Part shown: positions 21,044 through 31,592 of the stretch, in pieces | Layout of the letters: every line of letters starts with the position of its first letter | Position numbering within the stretch: the first letter of the stretch is position 1 | Assembly: GCA_038845975.1 (NCBI GenBank) | Contig: JAWBQF010000002.1 | Location: 1-64,000 of the forward strand | DNA length: 64,000 nucleotides | DNA from: Candidatus Methanomethylicia archaeon | Lineage (GTDB): Archaea > Thermoproteota > Methanomethylicia > CALHIW01 | Direction of reading: 5' to 3' | Translations under genes and position numbers: made by a program | The notes under the pieces: generated by a model | Told to the model about the DNA's origin: nothing | The model's input: the letters and a program-made list of their open reading frames with translations, nothing else | The model's database searches: none

Positions 21044-21616
21044 GTGAATGTTGTGATTGAAGTAATTAAAGATATTGCTGAATATGCTTTTAAAAGTGGA
21101 GCTGAAGTTGTTAAAGTAGCTTCAGCTAGAGATATTGTTGTTGAGGAACGGGTTGTATTTAAATGTACTAGTTGTGAGAACTATGGTAGAAATAGATCGT
21201 GCCCTCCATTTTCACCTGGAGTTGAAACCTTTAAAAGAATACTTAGCGAGTATACTTATGTATTAGTTATGGTTTTCAAATCATCAATAAATTCCTCCAG
21301 TATAGATGTTGATAGAGCTCGAATTCTATGGGATAGTGATAAGAAAAGGGTTTTTAACGCTTTAATCGCTATTGAGAGGTACTCGTTTAATAGGGGTTTT
21401 CCACTAGCATACGTACTTAGGGCAGGAGCATGTAATATATGTCCTAAATGTGACGTTAATAATTCATGTAAACATCAGGAGCTTCTCCGATATCCTATAT
21501 GTTCTGTAGGTATAAATATCACTAAAACACTTAGAAATCTGGATTTAAATATAGAATTCCCATCTATGAAGCCAGAAGGTAAGCCATGTCTTGCAGCAAT
21601 ATTACTAATAGATTAA
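21044..21616 (+). CDS. DUF2284-like Cys-rich metal-binding protein
   Basis: C..C.NYG...SCPP, GAC..C..C....C, GI.I..T. Confidence 0.78.
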   Translation: MNVVIEVIKDIAEYAFKSGAEVVKVASARDIVVEERVVFKCTSCENYGRNRSCPPFSPGVETFKRILSEYTYVLVMVFKSSINSSSIDVDRARILWDSDKKRVFNALIAIERYSFNRGFPLAYVLRAGACNICPKCDVNNSCKHQELLRYPICSVGINITKTLRNLDLNIEFPSMKPEGKPCLAAILLID

Positions 21617-23409
21617 AGCCTTAAAATATTCATTAAAGCATAGGGTAACTCGTTAAAACCTTCTATGAGTATATGTATTCCATGTCCAACCTTAGCCATA
21701 CTTTCAGCTAATTCAACACTTTCCAATCTTCCACCGCCTATTCCAATCTGTAAGACATGTAGCTTTGAGTATTTTGCAGCTACATCTAGAGGATCCCTGC
21801 CAGCAGTAACCCATCCATCAGTAACAATAATACCTAAACGGTCAGAAACATCTTCTCTTAGTTGTTCAATCTGTTCAAGACCCTTTCTAAGGCCATCTTC
21901 AATATTTGTTAAGCCACCATACTTAAAGTGGAGAATCTTTGAGACAATGTTTTCAATACTTGTCTCCTCATCAATACTCTTTAAAACCTTAGCTTCATCC
22001 TTAAATGCTACTATAGAGTAATAATCCTTTTCAAGCTTGTATGCTAAAGCAGCTACTGCTAGAGCAGCCATAATGATTCTATATCCATGCATTGAATTAC
22101 TTGCATCCAGTATTAGTGCAACAGCTAGTTTTCTCGGGATTTTATTAATGATGGCTATATCTCTATAATCCATAAATGGCTTACCATAATAGTTTTCAAT
22201 CGTTTGCTCTAAATCAAAGTTTTCACTAAATACTGGGCTACTAGGATACTCAATACGCTTTCTATATCTCCTCATTCCCTTCTCACTTATTTCCGCAGCT
22301 AAAGAAACTATAGCGCGACATACATAGCTTTCAATAGCTATTTTTTCATCTTCATCAACATCATCAGAAACATAATGCTTAATAACTAGCCATCTTGAAT
22401 TCGGCTTAAATCCTTGAGTTTCTCTACTTTTCAATATTTCACCTTCTTTAATTAGGGTTGACATAGACTTATAGATTGATTCTTCACGTTTAATCATTAA
22501 CTGGGTATTATTAAGATCTAAATCAATATTTTGATTATCTTTAGGTTTTAACGGTTTTAAAGGATTAAATTCATTTTTCTTAATGGAGGATAATACAATT
22601 TCAGTAATTATATCTTTCTTCGACCTGTTTGATTTAAGCTGAATATCTATTTTATTATGGAGAGCCATTATAGCAGCTTCAGTAAGCTTTTGGATGTCTA
22701 GATTTGATATATTCTTAGTAAGCATAATAATATCTATAGCTCCCCTTATAGAAGCTCCTCTCCTCAAATCCTTGTGTTCACGTGTCTTCCTAGTTATTTC
22801 TACAGCAATTTTAACTAGAGAATCATTACTAACTCCAGTTTCCCTCTTAACGATTTCAACCTCTTCATCGAAGCTTTGATAGTTTAAACCTACCCATACA
22901 AATCTATCCCTTAGGGCTTCACTAATTCTACTTGTACCTACAAATTCCTCAGGGTTTTGAGTAGCAATAACTATGAATCCCGGCTTCGCTTGAATTTCGC
23001 CTAGTCTTGGAATAATTATTTTACCCTCATCCATTGCAGGAAGTAAAACATTCTGTGTACCTTCAGGCATACGGTTTAACTCATTTATAAACAGTATACC
23101 GCCATTAAGCATTGCTTGAGTTAATGGTCCTGGAATAAATGCATCCCATACATAGCCTTTCGATAATACTATCGGAGGATCAAACCATCCAGTAAGCTTG
23201 GTTTCAGTATATCTTTCATCACCATCAACACGGTAAATAGATCTATTTAAGTAGCTAGCAACAGCTAATGCTAGCTTTGTTTTACCAACCCCAACAGGAC
23301 CTTCGAGAAGTACATGTTTATTAGAGGTAATAGCATTCAGAATCATTGCTAGCTCTACATCACGTCCAATAACTCCATATTTACTTTTAATTTCATTAAC
23401 GATATTCAT
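21613..23409 (-). CDS. MoxR-type AAA+ ATPase fused to a vWA domain
   Basis: GPVGVGKT, FINELNR, ATQNP, ALRDRF. C-terminal MIDAS DASNSM..T..TDG. Confidence 0.88.
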   Translation of the reverse strand: MNIVNEIKSKYGVIGRDVELAMILNAITSNKHVLLEGPVGVGKTKLALAVASYLNRSIYRVDGDERYTETKLTGWFDPPIVLSKGYVWDAFIPGPLTQAMLNGGILFINELNRMPEGTQNVLLPAMDEGKIIIPRLGEIQAKPGFIVIATQNPEEFVGTSRISEALRDRFVWVGLNYQSFDEEVEIVKRETGVSNDSLVKIAVEITRKTREHKDLRRGASIRGAIDIIMLTKNISNLDIQKLTEAAIMALHNKIDIQLKSNRSKKDIITEIVLSSIKKNEFNPLKPLKPKDNQNIDLDLNNTQLMIKREESIYKSMSTLIKEGEILKSRETQGFKPNSRWLVIKHYVSDDVDEDEKIAIESYVCRAIVSLAAEISEKGMRRYRKRIEYPSSPVFSENFDLEQTIENYYGKPFMDYRDIAIINKIPRKLAVALILDASNSMHGYRIIMAALAVAALAYKLEKDYYSIVAFKDEAKVLKSIDEETSIENIVSKILHFKYGGLTNIEDGLRKGLEQIEQLREDVSDRLGIIVTDGWVTAGRDPLDVAAKYSKLHVLQIGIGGGRLESVELAESMAKVGHGIHILIEGFNELPYALMNILRL

Positions 23410-23418
23410 AAACTATAC

Positions 23419-24885
23419 CTAAGTCTTAGATTTTAAATAGTTTTTAATTAAATTCTCAATAGATGCTTTAATATCGTTTGGTATAGGCTCTACATAATGT
23501 TCTCTAAGTATTTTCTCCATTTTCCTCTTTACGTTTTGAAGTAGTGTTCTCCTATGTTTTGACCATGTAGTCCATGAAGACTTATCCATAATTTCAGACA
23601 TTACATATTCTAGAGGTAGATTCCTTATTGTATGTTTTAAACTTAGAAAGCTACCACCATAGCTAACAGCTTTAATAGTATCTACTGCAAGCGTTTCATC
23701 ATCTACACGTACACCTCTCATAAACCTCTTTAGAATCGATATCAGCTCATCACATATTACTATTAGCTCTAAGCTTCCTGACTTGGCTGATTCGAGAAAT
23801 CCTAAATCATGTATGAGGCTATGTCCACTTAGTGAGGATATTACTAAGCTCATAGATGCTTCAGCAATAGCCTGCTCATCAAGAATCTTAGAGTCACTCA
23901 TACCGCCTGTACCCCATGATGGAAGCTGGTAGAAATCAGCTATCTGAGCAAGCATAACCTGCATTAGTAGTGTTTCAGCAGTTTCATAGGATACAACTCC
24001 ATACCGCATATTTAAAATTAATGGTACAGTTCCGAAAACAAATGGGGTACCCGGATTTATTAGCTGGGCAAGTACGAGACCTGCAAGGCTTTCAGCACAT
24101 CCCTGAGCTATATTACCTGCAAGAGTTACCGGCGCATTAGCACCGCTTATAGGTATTGGCGCATAAATTATCGGCAGCCCTACACTACACCACTCTATAA
24201 GAGATTCAACATATTCTCTACCTACAAATAGTGGTGATTGAGGCTCATCATATAGGGAGACAATAGGTCTCCTCCTAAGCTCTTCAATACCTCCAGATAT
24301 CAATTCTGCAATCTTAATTATGGTTTTTGTTAGTTCTCCATCACCATAGCAGAATACTTGAACATGCTTACAAGTATTGGAGAGTACAATGTATGGTTCG
24401 TAGAGTGGAATTAGAGCTGGGGGGATATCGGAGGCTGATGTTAAGCCCATAACGAAGTCTATGTTTTTCAAGGCATCACATAGCTTAGCAACATTAGCCA
24501 TATCAGATAGTCTTCCAGCTCTACGCTCCCCAGTTTCGAAATCGATTATTGATGGAGCGCCACTACATGGACCGAAAAATACCTTCCTACTGTCAACTAT
24601 AAAATCTTCCTCGGAATTACGTCCACAAAATCTAATGCTTTTAGGTGTTTTCTTAATGGATTCCATAACCAGGCTTTCAGGGAATTTTACAACTTGCTTT
24701 TTAAAATCAACAGTAGCACCAGCATCATAAAGGATTTTTAAGGCGTTTTCATGCTGAATCTGTACTCCAATTTCACTCATTATTTTCAATATGGCATTAT
24801 GAATGCTTAATACTTGATCTTTATTAAGGATTTTAATTTGCCCCCCTTCAAATCCAGTCCTCATGAAGAAACCGTTTAGCAACAA
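23419..24885 (-). CDS. mttB: Pyl-free MttB-superfamily methyltransferase (paralog 2)
   Basis: APVTLAG, LPSWGTGGMSDSK.LD.QA..E. Confidence 0.9.
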   Translation of the reverse strand: MLLNGFFMRTGFEGGQIKILNKDQVLSIHNAILKIMSEIGVQIQHENALKILYDAGATVDFKKQVVKFPESLVMESIKKTPKSIRFCGRNSEEDFIVDSRKVFFGPCSGAPSIIDFETGERRAGRLSDMANVAKLCDALKNIDFVMGLTSASDIPPALIPLYEPYIVLSNTCKHVQVFCYGDGELTKTIIKIAELISGGIEELRRRPIVSLYDEPQSPLFVGREYVESLIEWCSVGLPIIYAPIPISGANAPVTLAGNIAQGCAESLAGLVLAQLINPGTPFVFGTVPLILNMRYGVVSYETAETLLMQVMLAQIADFYQLPSWGTGGMSDSKILDEQAIAEASMSLVISSLSGHSLIHDLGFLESAKSGSLELIVICDELISILKRFMRGVRVDDETLAVDTIKAVSYGGSFLSLKHTIRNLPLEYVMSEIMDKSSWTTWSKHRRTLLQNVKRKMEKILREHYVEPIPNDIKASIENLIKNYLKSKT

Positions 24886-24901
24886 CTTAAATACTTTACT
24901 A

Positions 24902-25351
24902 TTAAGAACTGTATGCTTTAAATTCTTCTAGTTTTCTTCTTTCATCGCTTTTCTTACGTGATAGCCTACTAAGTAATTCACTAGTATCAGGAGATATGGA
25001 TGCTATTTTAAATGATGCTTTAACATATAGTTCCTCTAATACCTTGTTTAACTGTATAGCTTTATCGAGATTGTCTATTTCCCCACTATTAATTATACTA
25101 TTAATTTTAGCTATGTAACTGCTTAGATTTAATCCTGAAATTGGCTCAAGAACCATTTCCACAATAGTTTCCCTCCTCCTCTTATTAATCAGCTCAATAT
25201 TTCTTAAATAGCTCTCACTAAGTGAAAGTAGGAAGAAACTTAATTCTTTATTTTCTACTTTCTGTGATATTTCTCTATAGAATAGAGCTACTTGGTTTTC
25301 AAGATTGAGAATACAGCTTATAAGGGAGCTAAACGTATATTTCTCTTCCAC
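24902..25351 (-). CDS. Ferritin/rubrerythrin-like four-helix protein
   Basis: LE...A.FY and repeated helix-pair pattern. Confidence 0.55.
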   Translation of the reverse strand: MEEKYTFSSLISCILNLENQVALFYREISQKVENKELSFFLLSLSESYLRNIELINKRRRETIVEMVLEPISGLNLSSYIAKINSIINSGEIDNLDKAIQLNKVLEELYVKASFKIASISPDTSELLSRLSRKKSDERRKLEEFKAYSS

Positions 25352-25354
25352 ATT

Positions 25355-26833
25355 CTACCATCTCGCTATTACTATCTTCTTATCTGTAAAGAAATCTACA
25401 CAGTCAATTTGACCATGGAGAACGCCGAAGAAGGATTCTCTCCAGCCTCCAAATGGAAAGAAGGCCATAGGTGCAGCAATACCTACATTTATACCTATGT
25501 TGCCACATTTAACTCTACGTCTAAATTCACGAGCCTCCCTACCGCTTGAAGTAAATATGCATGCAGCATTTCCATAGCTTGTCTTCGTATTAATCATTTC
25601 TATAGCTTCATCAAGATTATCTGCTCTAATAATGTTTGCTACAGGTCCAAATATTTCATCTCTTGCAATAATCATATCTGGAGTTACATCATCAAATACT
25701 GTTGGACCTATAAAGTATCCTTTAGGATACTCTGGTACATATGCATTTCTACCATCAAGTATGAGTTTAGCACCTTCACTAACTCCCTTCTCAATATAGT
25801 TAATTACCCGGTTTTTAGCATTTATAGAGACTATTGGTCCCATCTCTACAGATTCATCTAATCCATAGCCTAGCTTTAGTTTTGAAGCTGCTTCAACAAA
25901 TTTTCTTTTTAAAGACTCGTAAACCCCACCTATAGCAACTAGATTTGAACCTGAAAGACAGCGTTGACCTGTATTACCGAAGAATGATGTAAGTAAAGCT
26001 GGAATAGCTTTATTCAAGTCTGCATCAGGCATAACAACTATATAGTTTTTAGCACCTGCCTGAATAATAGCTCTCTTACCGTACTCGCCAGCAAGCTTAT
26101 AAACATATTTCCCAGTTGGTGTTGAACCTACAAATGCAACTCCTTGAACATCTGGATGCTTTATTAATGCTTCACTAACCTCCCTACTTCCATAAACAAG
26201 GTTTACTATACCTGGAGGTAATTCCAACTCATCTAGAACCTTAAAACACCACATCATAGGTAGTGGAGTTATCTCGCTAGGCTTAACAACTAGGGTACAT
26301 CCAAGTACTAGTGCTTGAGGTATAAACCAGAATGGAGCGAGAGCTGGAAAATTGAATGGCCCAATAACTGTAAAAACACCTAATGGCTCCCTAACAAGTG
26401 TTTCATCAATTCCTGAAGCTACCTGATCAATATGTTCACCCTTAGCTAATGTATAGGCTATAGCACATGCAGTTTCAATGTTTTCAATAAGTCTTCTAGA
26501 TTCTCCTCTTGCTTCATCTATTATTTTACCATGATTCTGAGTTGTAATTCTTGAAATCTCCTCAAAATGCTCCTCCATTCTCTGTTTAAGTCTATAAATG
26601 TATTGAACTCTTGTAGTTATTGGAGTTTCCCTCCATTTCTCGAAGGCTTCAGCAGCTGCTTTAATAGCTTCATTAACTTCATCCATAGTTGCAAACGGGG
26701 CTTCAGCAATAACTTCATCCTTAGCTGGATTCATAACTAGCTGAGTATAGCTGGATTTTGAATCAATCCAGCTACCATTAATGTAGAGCTTTAACCTACC
26801 ATAGTAGCTTTGAACTTCAGGTAGAATAGTCAT
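25355..26833 (-). CDS. mmsA: CoA-acylating (methyl)malonate-semialdehyde dehydrogenase-like ALDH
   Basis: PFNFP, FVGST, GAKN...VMPDA, GQRC, YGN.ACIFT, AP.AFFPFGGW. Confidence 0.85.
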   Translation of the reverse strand: MTILPEVQSYYGRLKLYINGSWIDSKSSYTQLVMNPAKDEVIAEAPFATMDEVNEAIKAAAEAFEKWRETPITTRVQYIYRLKQRMEEHFEEISRITTQNHGKIIDEARGESRRLIENIETACAIAYTLAKGEHIDQVASGIDETLVREPLGVFTVIGPFNFPALAPFWFIPQALVLGCTLVVKPSEITPLPMMWCFKVLDELELPPGIVNLVYGSREVSEALIKHPDVQGVAFVGSTPTGKYVYKLAGEYGKRAIIQAGAKNYIVVMPDADLNKAIPALLTSFFGNTGQRCLSGSNLVAIGGVYESLKRKFVEAASKLKLGYGLDESVEMGPIVSINAKNRVINYIEKGVSEGAKLILDGRNAYVPEYPKGYFIGPTVFDDVTPDMIIARDEIFGPVANIIRADNLDEAIEMINTKTSYGNAACIFTSSGREAREFRRRVKCGNIGINVGIAAPMAFFPFGGWRESFFGVLHGQIDCVDFFTDKKIVIARW

Positions 26834-28144
26834 TTACATCCTCCTCTCAGCCTCAGCTATACAGTCTTCAAGAATATTTAATGCTTTATCCAGCTCCTCA
26901 TATGTAATTACTAGTGGAGGCTGAATTCTAATCACACAGCTCTTCACGCCCCCAGATCCAAACAGTACACCTTTCTCTCTAGCTAAATCCCTAACTAGTC
27001 TAGTTTCCTCAATAGCGGGTTTCTTACTAACTCTATCCCTTACAAGCTCAACACCAATCATTAAACCTAAACCTCTAACATCACCTATTAGCTTATGTCT
27101 ATCCATCATCTCCCTCAATCTCTTTAATACATAAGCACCCTTCTCAGCTGATTTCTCAGCTAGATTTTCTCTTAACATGTAATCTATATTTGCTAAAGCT
27201 GCAGCTGCTGAAACTGGGTTCCCTCCAAACGTTGATAGGTGATCACCAGGCTCAAATGAGTCGGCTATATCAGCTCTGGCAATACATGCACTTATAGGGA
27301 ATCCGTCAGCAATACCCTTAGCTAGCGTCATTATATCTGGGGAGACACCGTAATACTCAATAGCAAACATTTTACCAGTTCTACAGAAGCCTGTTTGAAC
27401 CTCATCTATAATAAGTAATATATTGTATTTATCAAGAATTTCCTTAACGATTTTAAAATATTCTGGTGGACACGGAATAATACCTCCCTCACCAAGTACA
27501 GGTTCAGCAATAAATGCAGCAACACCCTTACTTGATGAATACTCAATAACATCCTCAATAATTCTCCCACACTGTAAGCTACATTCAGGATAGTTTAGCT
27601 TTAGGAAGCATCTATAGCAGTATGGTGGTGGAGTGAAGAATACTCCGCTAAGATATGGACCCATATCCCACTTCCTCCTACCAGACTGCCCTGTAATACT
27701 TAGAGTACCAATAGTTCTACCGTGAAACGAGCACATTAAGGCAATAAACTCATATTTCTTCGTAAACTTCCTAGCAAGCTTTAAACAACATTCAACAGCT
27801 TCAGCACCACTATTACCGAAGAATGATTTTTGAAGTGGTTTAGGAGCTATGGAAGCAAGCTTTTCAGCAAGCTTAATAACGGGAGTAACATAGTATACAT
27901 AGGAGCATACATGAATAAGCCTTTTAGCTTGATTAACTGCAGCATTTACAACTTCAGGGTTACAGTGACCAGTATTAACTACACTAATACCTGAAAAGCA
28001 ATCTACATATTTTCTACCATCAATATCTCTTAAAACAGCTCCATAACCCTCGTCGACAACAATAGGTTCCATTCTTGGAACAATCTTAGTAATAAGATAC
28101 TTATTTGCAAGCTCAATAATATTAGAGCTACTAACCATACACAT
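26834..28144 (-). CDS. Class III PLP aminotransferase (omega-amino acid/GabT-like)
   Basis: NSGAEA, FHGRT, DEVQTGF, AKG, TFGGNP. Confidence 0.92.
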   Translation of the reverse strand: MCMVSSSNIIELANKYLITKIVPRMEPIVVDEGYGAVLRDIDGRKYVDCFSGISVVNTGHCNPEVVNAAVNQAKRLIHVCSYVYYVTPVIKLAEKLASIAPKPLQKSFFGNSGAEAVECCLKLARKFTKKYEFIALMCSFHGRTIGTLSITGQSGRRKWDMGPYLSGVFFTPPPYCYRCFLKLNYPECSLQCGRIIEDVIEYSSSKGVAAFIAEPVLGEGGIIPCPPEYFKIVKEILDKYNILLIIDEVQTGFCRTGKMFAIEYYGVSPDIMTLAKGIADGFPISACIARADIADSFEPGDHLSTFGGNPVSAAAALANIDYMLRENLAEKSAEKGAYVLKRLREMMDRHKLIGDVRGLGLMIGVELVRDRVSKKPAIEETRLVRDLAREKGVLFGSGGVKSCVIRIQPPLVITYEELDKALNILEDCIAEAERRM

Positions 28145-28815
28145 AAACTCACCAAACTACTCTAACAAACAAATATTTAAACTTTTATTAGTGATTTAAT
28201 TGAAAAATTGTACAAATAAATATATATTTCAATTAATTTTTAGATATTATCCAAGATAACTAATTAGTTTACTTCCATCCTAAACATACTGTATTACTTT
28301 CTCCACTAAATTACTAAACTTGCAAGCTTGATTCAAAATGGATTTTAGCCCTATTTAATGTAGGTTCTTTGTATAGGTAATGCTACTTACATTAAAATCA
28401 GATTAGCTATTTAGATTTATTATTTCCATCCTTAAGTATTTCATCTACAAGATCTATGAAACATAAAGATGGAAAATTAGAGGATATGTGATTCTCCTAT
28501 TATTACATATGAATGTTCTTTAAGGATAGAGGAGATAAATATTAGGAACCAAGGTATTTAGTGAAGATCATAGAAGACGGAATATACATATAATCTAGCA
28601 GCTACTGCTTGCTTACAACCATTACCACAGTAGCAATGGATAAAATAAGATGGAATTAGCCTTTAATGAGCCTAACAACTTCAATATTCACATAGGAAGC
28701 TTATAAATTATTAGGGTTAAGATTAAATAAGTTAGCATAAGCTTGGAGGCTGTTATAAGTCATCAAGCAACAGCATCAATGATTCTCTTAGGAATATTTC
28801 TAGCAGTAATATATA

Positions 28816-29990
28816 TTGGTTCTGCTATGTTTGTTTGGTGATGTTATGGTTAGGGTTTTAGCTGTGGCTATTCTTTTAATGCTTTCGCTAAATATTGCTG
28901 TACCAGTTATTATGGCTGAGGAAAATGTTTTTTATTGTGTTGCCTTTATTGGTCCTAGTGTAGTTGATGATGTTAAGGTTTATTTAGTAGGTGGGGATGA
29001 AGTCTATGTTAGGATTGTTTTGAGAATCTAGGTGAAACATATGAATCAAAATGTATTGAAGCTGGAATTCATAAAGATAATAAAATAATGGAGTCAAAAG
29101 ATAATAAAATAATCATATCAATATATAGTGATGGAGTATCGGGATTAATAAGGGTGTATCATCATTCATAGCATTAAAAAATAAGGAGAAAGCAATAAAA
29201 ATACATAGAGAAGCATCAAGAAAACTAATAGAATCAGGAATAATAGAGAAAATGAAAACTCACAGATATTGAAGCAACAGGAACCATATTCAATTAATCA
29301 AGGGCTACAACAGGGAATAGTAATGCAAAACAATGGGGATTATAAATATGGAAGGTTTGGCTATATTCAAGGTAAAGAAGGAAGCATACCTTGGAAAATA
29401 TACATGGATATACTTGGACAGATAAAAATGGAGAATAATCAAATAATAGAGAACTATAATGAATTAAAGAAAGAACAAGAGAAGTTTATCAGAATTGATT
29501 TCTTAACAACTGAGCAATGGCCTTATCCTGAAGGGGAACCTATGATATGGCAATATAATCCATTCCAAATACATATACGAACAAGCCATGAATATCTTGA
29601 TCCATATGATCCTTCTCCAAGTGGATCTGGAAACTCCTATAGCATTACTATATTGCTATGGCTTGGTGGATGGCAGTTTATTACTATTTCATGGGCTCAA
29701 GTAATAGCTGAAACCTTCAGAGCAACATAGAGACTAGATTGGAATAAATATGGTCCTAGGAAAAGTTATCCAGACTATCTAGCATGGAATGAAATTCTGG
29801 TTCTCTAAATAATAATAGACCTAGAGATGTTGGTGTACGTTTTAAGTTTAAACATATGGGAACTACATTAACAACATATACTTTCAGAGTTTGGGGAAGC
29901 GTTATCATACATCAATATGAGGGAGGATACTTAATATCTCACTGGATAGATTTTCAGGAAAAAGCATTTAGCATAACAATAATACCTTAG
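28816..29990 (+). pseudogene. Fragmented gene for a secreted or surface protein
   Basis: Signal-peptide-like ORF at 28816-29031 followed by same-strand coding-like fragments (29269-29730 and beyond), broken by stops and frameshifts. Confidence 0.45.
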
Positions 29991-30622
29991 TGAGTGTTAT
30001 GATTCATTCTAGAATTCTTAAAATTATTCTTGTTTTTTCAATTTTAATTAATATTATTCTTACCTTTCAGCTGGCTATTATTTATCGGGATATGGCTGCG
30101 AAGTTTAGGCATGATATTATTGAACCTCTTTGTACGGAAACTTTAGAGGTGAAGGGAAGGATTCATGGACTTCTAATCGATATTAGGAATGGTAATGATG
30201 TTGATGCTACATATAAGTTGGGTACTTTAAAGAAGAATGTTGAAAATCTTAGATACTTATACAGCTCTATTAGCTACTGGACTGGAAAGGATATGAAGCT
30301 ATGGTGGAGCATATCTGATTGTTTCCACTATATGCTGGATGTAATAGATAAAATTAAAAGTAAACTCGTTGAGGGTAAAGTATCAGATAGAGAAATTAAA
30401 TTCTTAGAGAGAATCGCTAATATTGTAGCTGAATTATATGATTCCACATATAACTATGTATTAGGTCCCCCGGAGGATTCCATATTTATAGGACGAAATA
30501 AGATAGTAAATTGCTCTTATGTAGAGGTGGTAAACTATACTCCACCTAAAATAAGTGAGGCTGCAGAGAAGTTTCAAGAAATACTGAAGGAGGGCCTGGA
30601 ATTATTTAGTTCCTCCAATTAA
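29990..30622 (+). CDS. Hypothetical protein with N-terminal membrane anchor
   Basis: Hydrophobic ILKIILVFSILINIILTF followed by a helical domain. Confidence 0.7.
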   Translation: MSVMIHSRILKIILVFSILINIILTFQLAIIYRDMAAKFRHDIIEPLCTETLEVKGRIHGLLIDIRNGNDVDATYKLGTLKKNVENLRYLYSSISYWTGKDMKLWWSISDCFHYMLDVIDKIKSKLVEGKVSDREIKFLERIANIVAELYDSTYNYVLGPPEDSIFIGRNKIVNCSYVEVVNYTPPKISEAAEKFQEILKEGLELFSSSN

Positions 30623-31058
30623 AACCATCATTAAGGTTTAAGCTTTCCAGTCCTTCTATTAGACATCATATCAAGCTCTCCTAAGCTTCAAACCCTTCCA
30701 TATAGCTATCTAGATCTTGCTAACTCTCTTTATTTGGCATTGATTCTGTACTTAGTCAGATAACAGTTTATATAATTGATTTGTAATAAAAATTGTTTGA
30801 AATACCTCTAGACAAATATGAACGGAAATATATGAGTACTAACCGGATTTGACAGATTCTCTCCTTAGTAGTCTTAACTATACGAGTAATATAAGTAATG
30901 GAGATATAAGTAAGTTCAATTTACAGAGCTGCTGGGATGAGATGGTTTAACATATTGTACTTACCTTTTAGGTTGATGGATCTGCTGGCTAGTGTCATGG
31001 ATTCAATGTGTAAAGTGGATTTATCGCCAGCTAAATTCCTAGTAGTATTTGGTTCTGA

Positions 31059-31538
31059 TTAAGTAATTGGGGGCAGCTCTACTCTTGGATCTTCCTTAAT
31101 CATTTTTACAACAACTTGAGTCGAGGTCCTCTCAATCTCCTTCATATTCATTAATGTATTTAATATTCTCATGTAGTCCTCCCGATCATTTGCTCGAACC
31201 ATTACTACAAAGTCGATTTCTCCGAGTACAAAGTATACAGCCCATACCCCGGGTATTTCAGCAATTTTCCTACCTACCTTCTCATGATATCCAGGTCCAT
31301 ATTTAGCTCTAACAAGAATTACTGCAATATACTCTTTACCAAGCTTAGCTGCATCTATTTTTGCATAGTAGCCCTCAATAATTTTTCTCTCTTCAAGCTT
31401 TTTTATCCTATAGTGGACTGTGGATTTGGGAATTTTTATTTTTCTAGCTATTTCTTCAAGTGGTGTTCTGCAATCTTCTTGGAGAATATTTAGTATCGCG
31501 TAGTCTATTTCATCGATTTTTACTTTCTCAGCGGTCAT
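31059..31538 (-). CDS. Lrp/AsnC-family transcriptional regulator
   Basis: D.ID..IL..LQ.D.R, STV..RI.KLE HTH plus RAM domain. Confidence 0.93.
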   Translation of the reverse strand: MTAEKVKIDEIDYAILNILQEDCRTPLEEIARKIKIPKSTVHYRIKKLEERKIIEGYYAKIDAAKLGKEYIAVILVRAKYGPGYHEKVGRKIAEIPGVWAVYFVLGEIDFVVMVRANDREDYMRILNTLMNMKEIERTSTQVVVKMIKEDPRVELPPIT

Positions 31539-31592
31539 GAATGCTAGATAATGTTTAATTCTTAAAAGGTTTCATTTAGTAGCTTATACTTA

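Noticed and set aside
29075-29113. Short direct repeat AAAGATAATAAAATAAT x2
   Set aside because: Low-complexity local duplication within a pseudogene.
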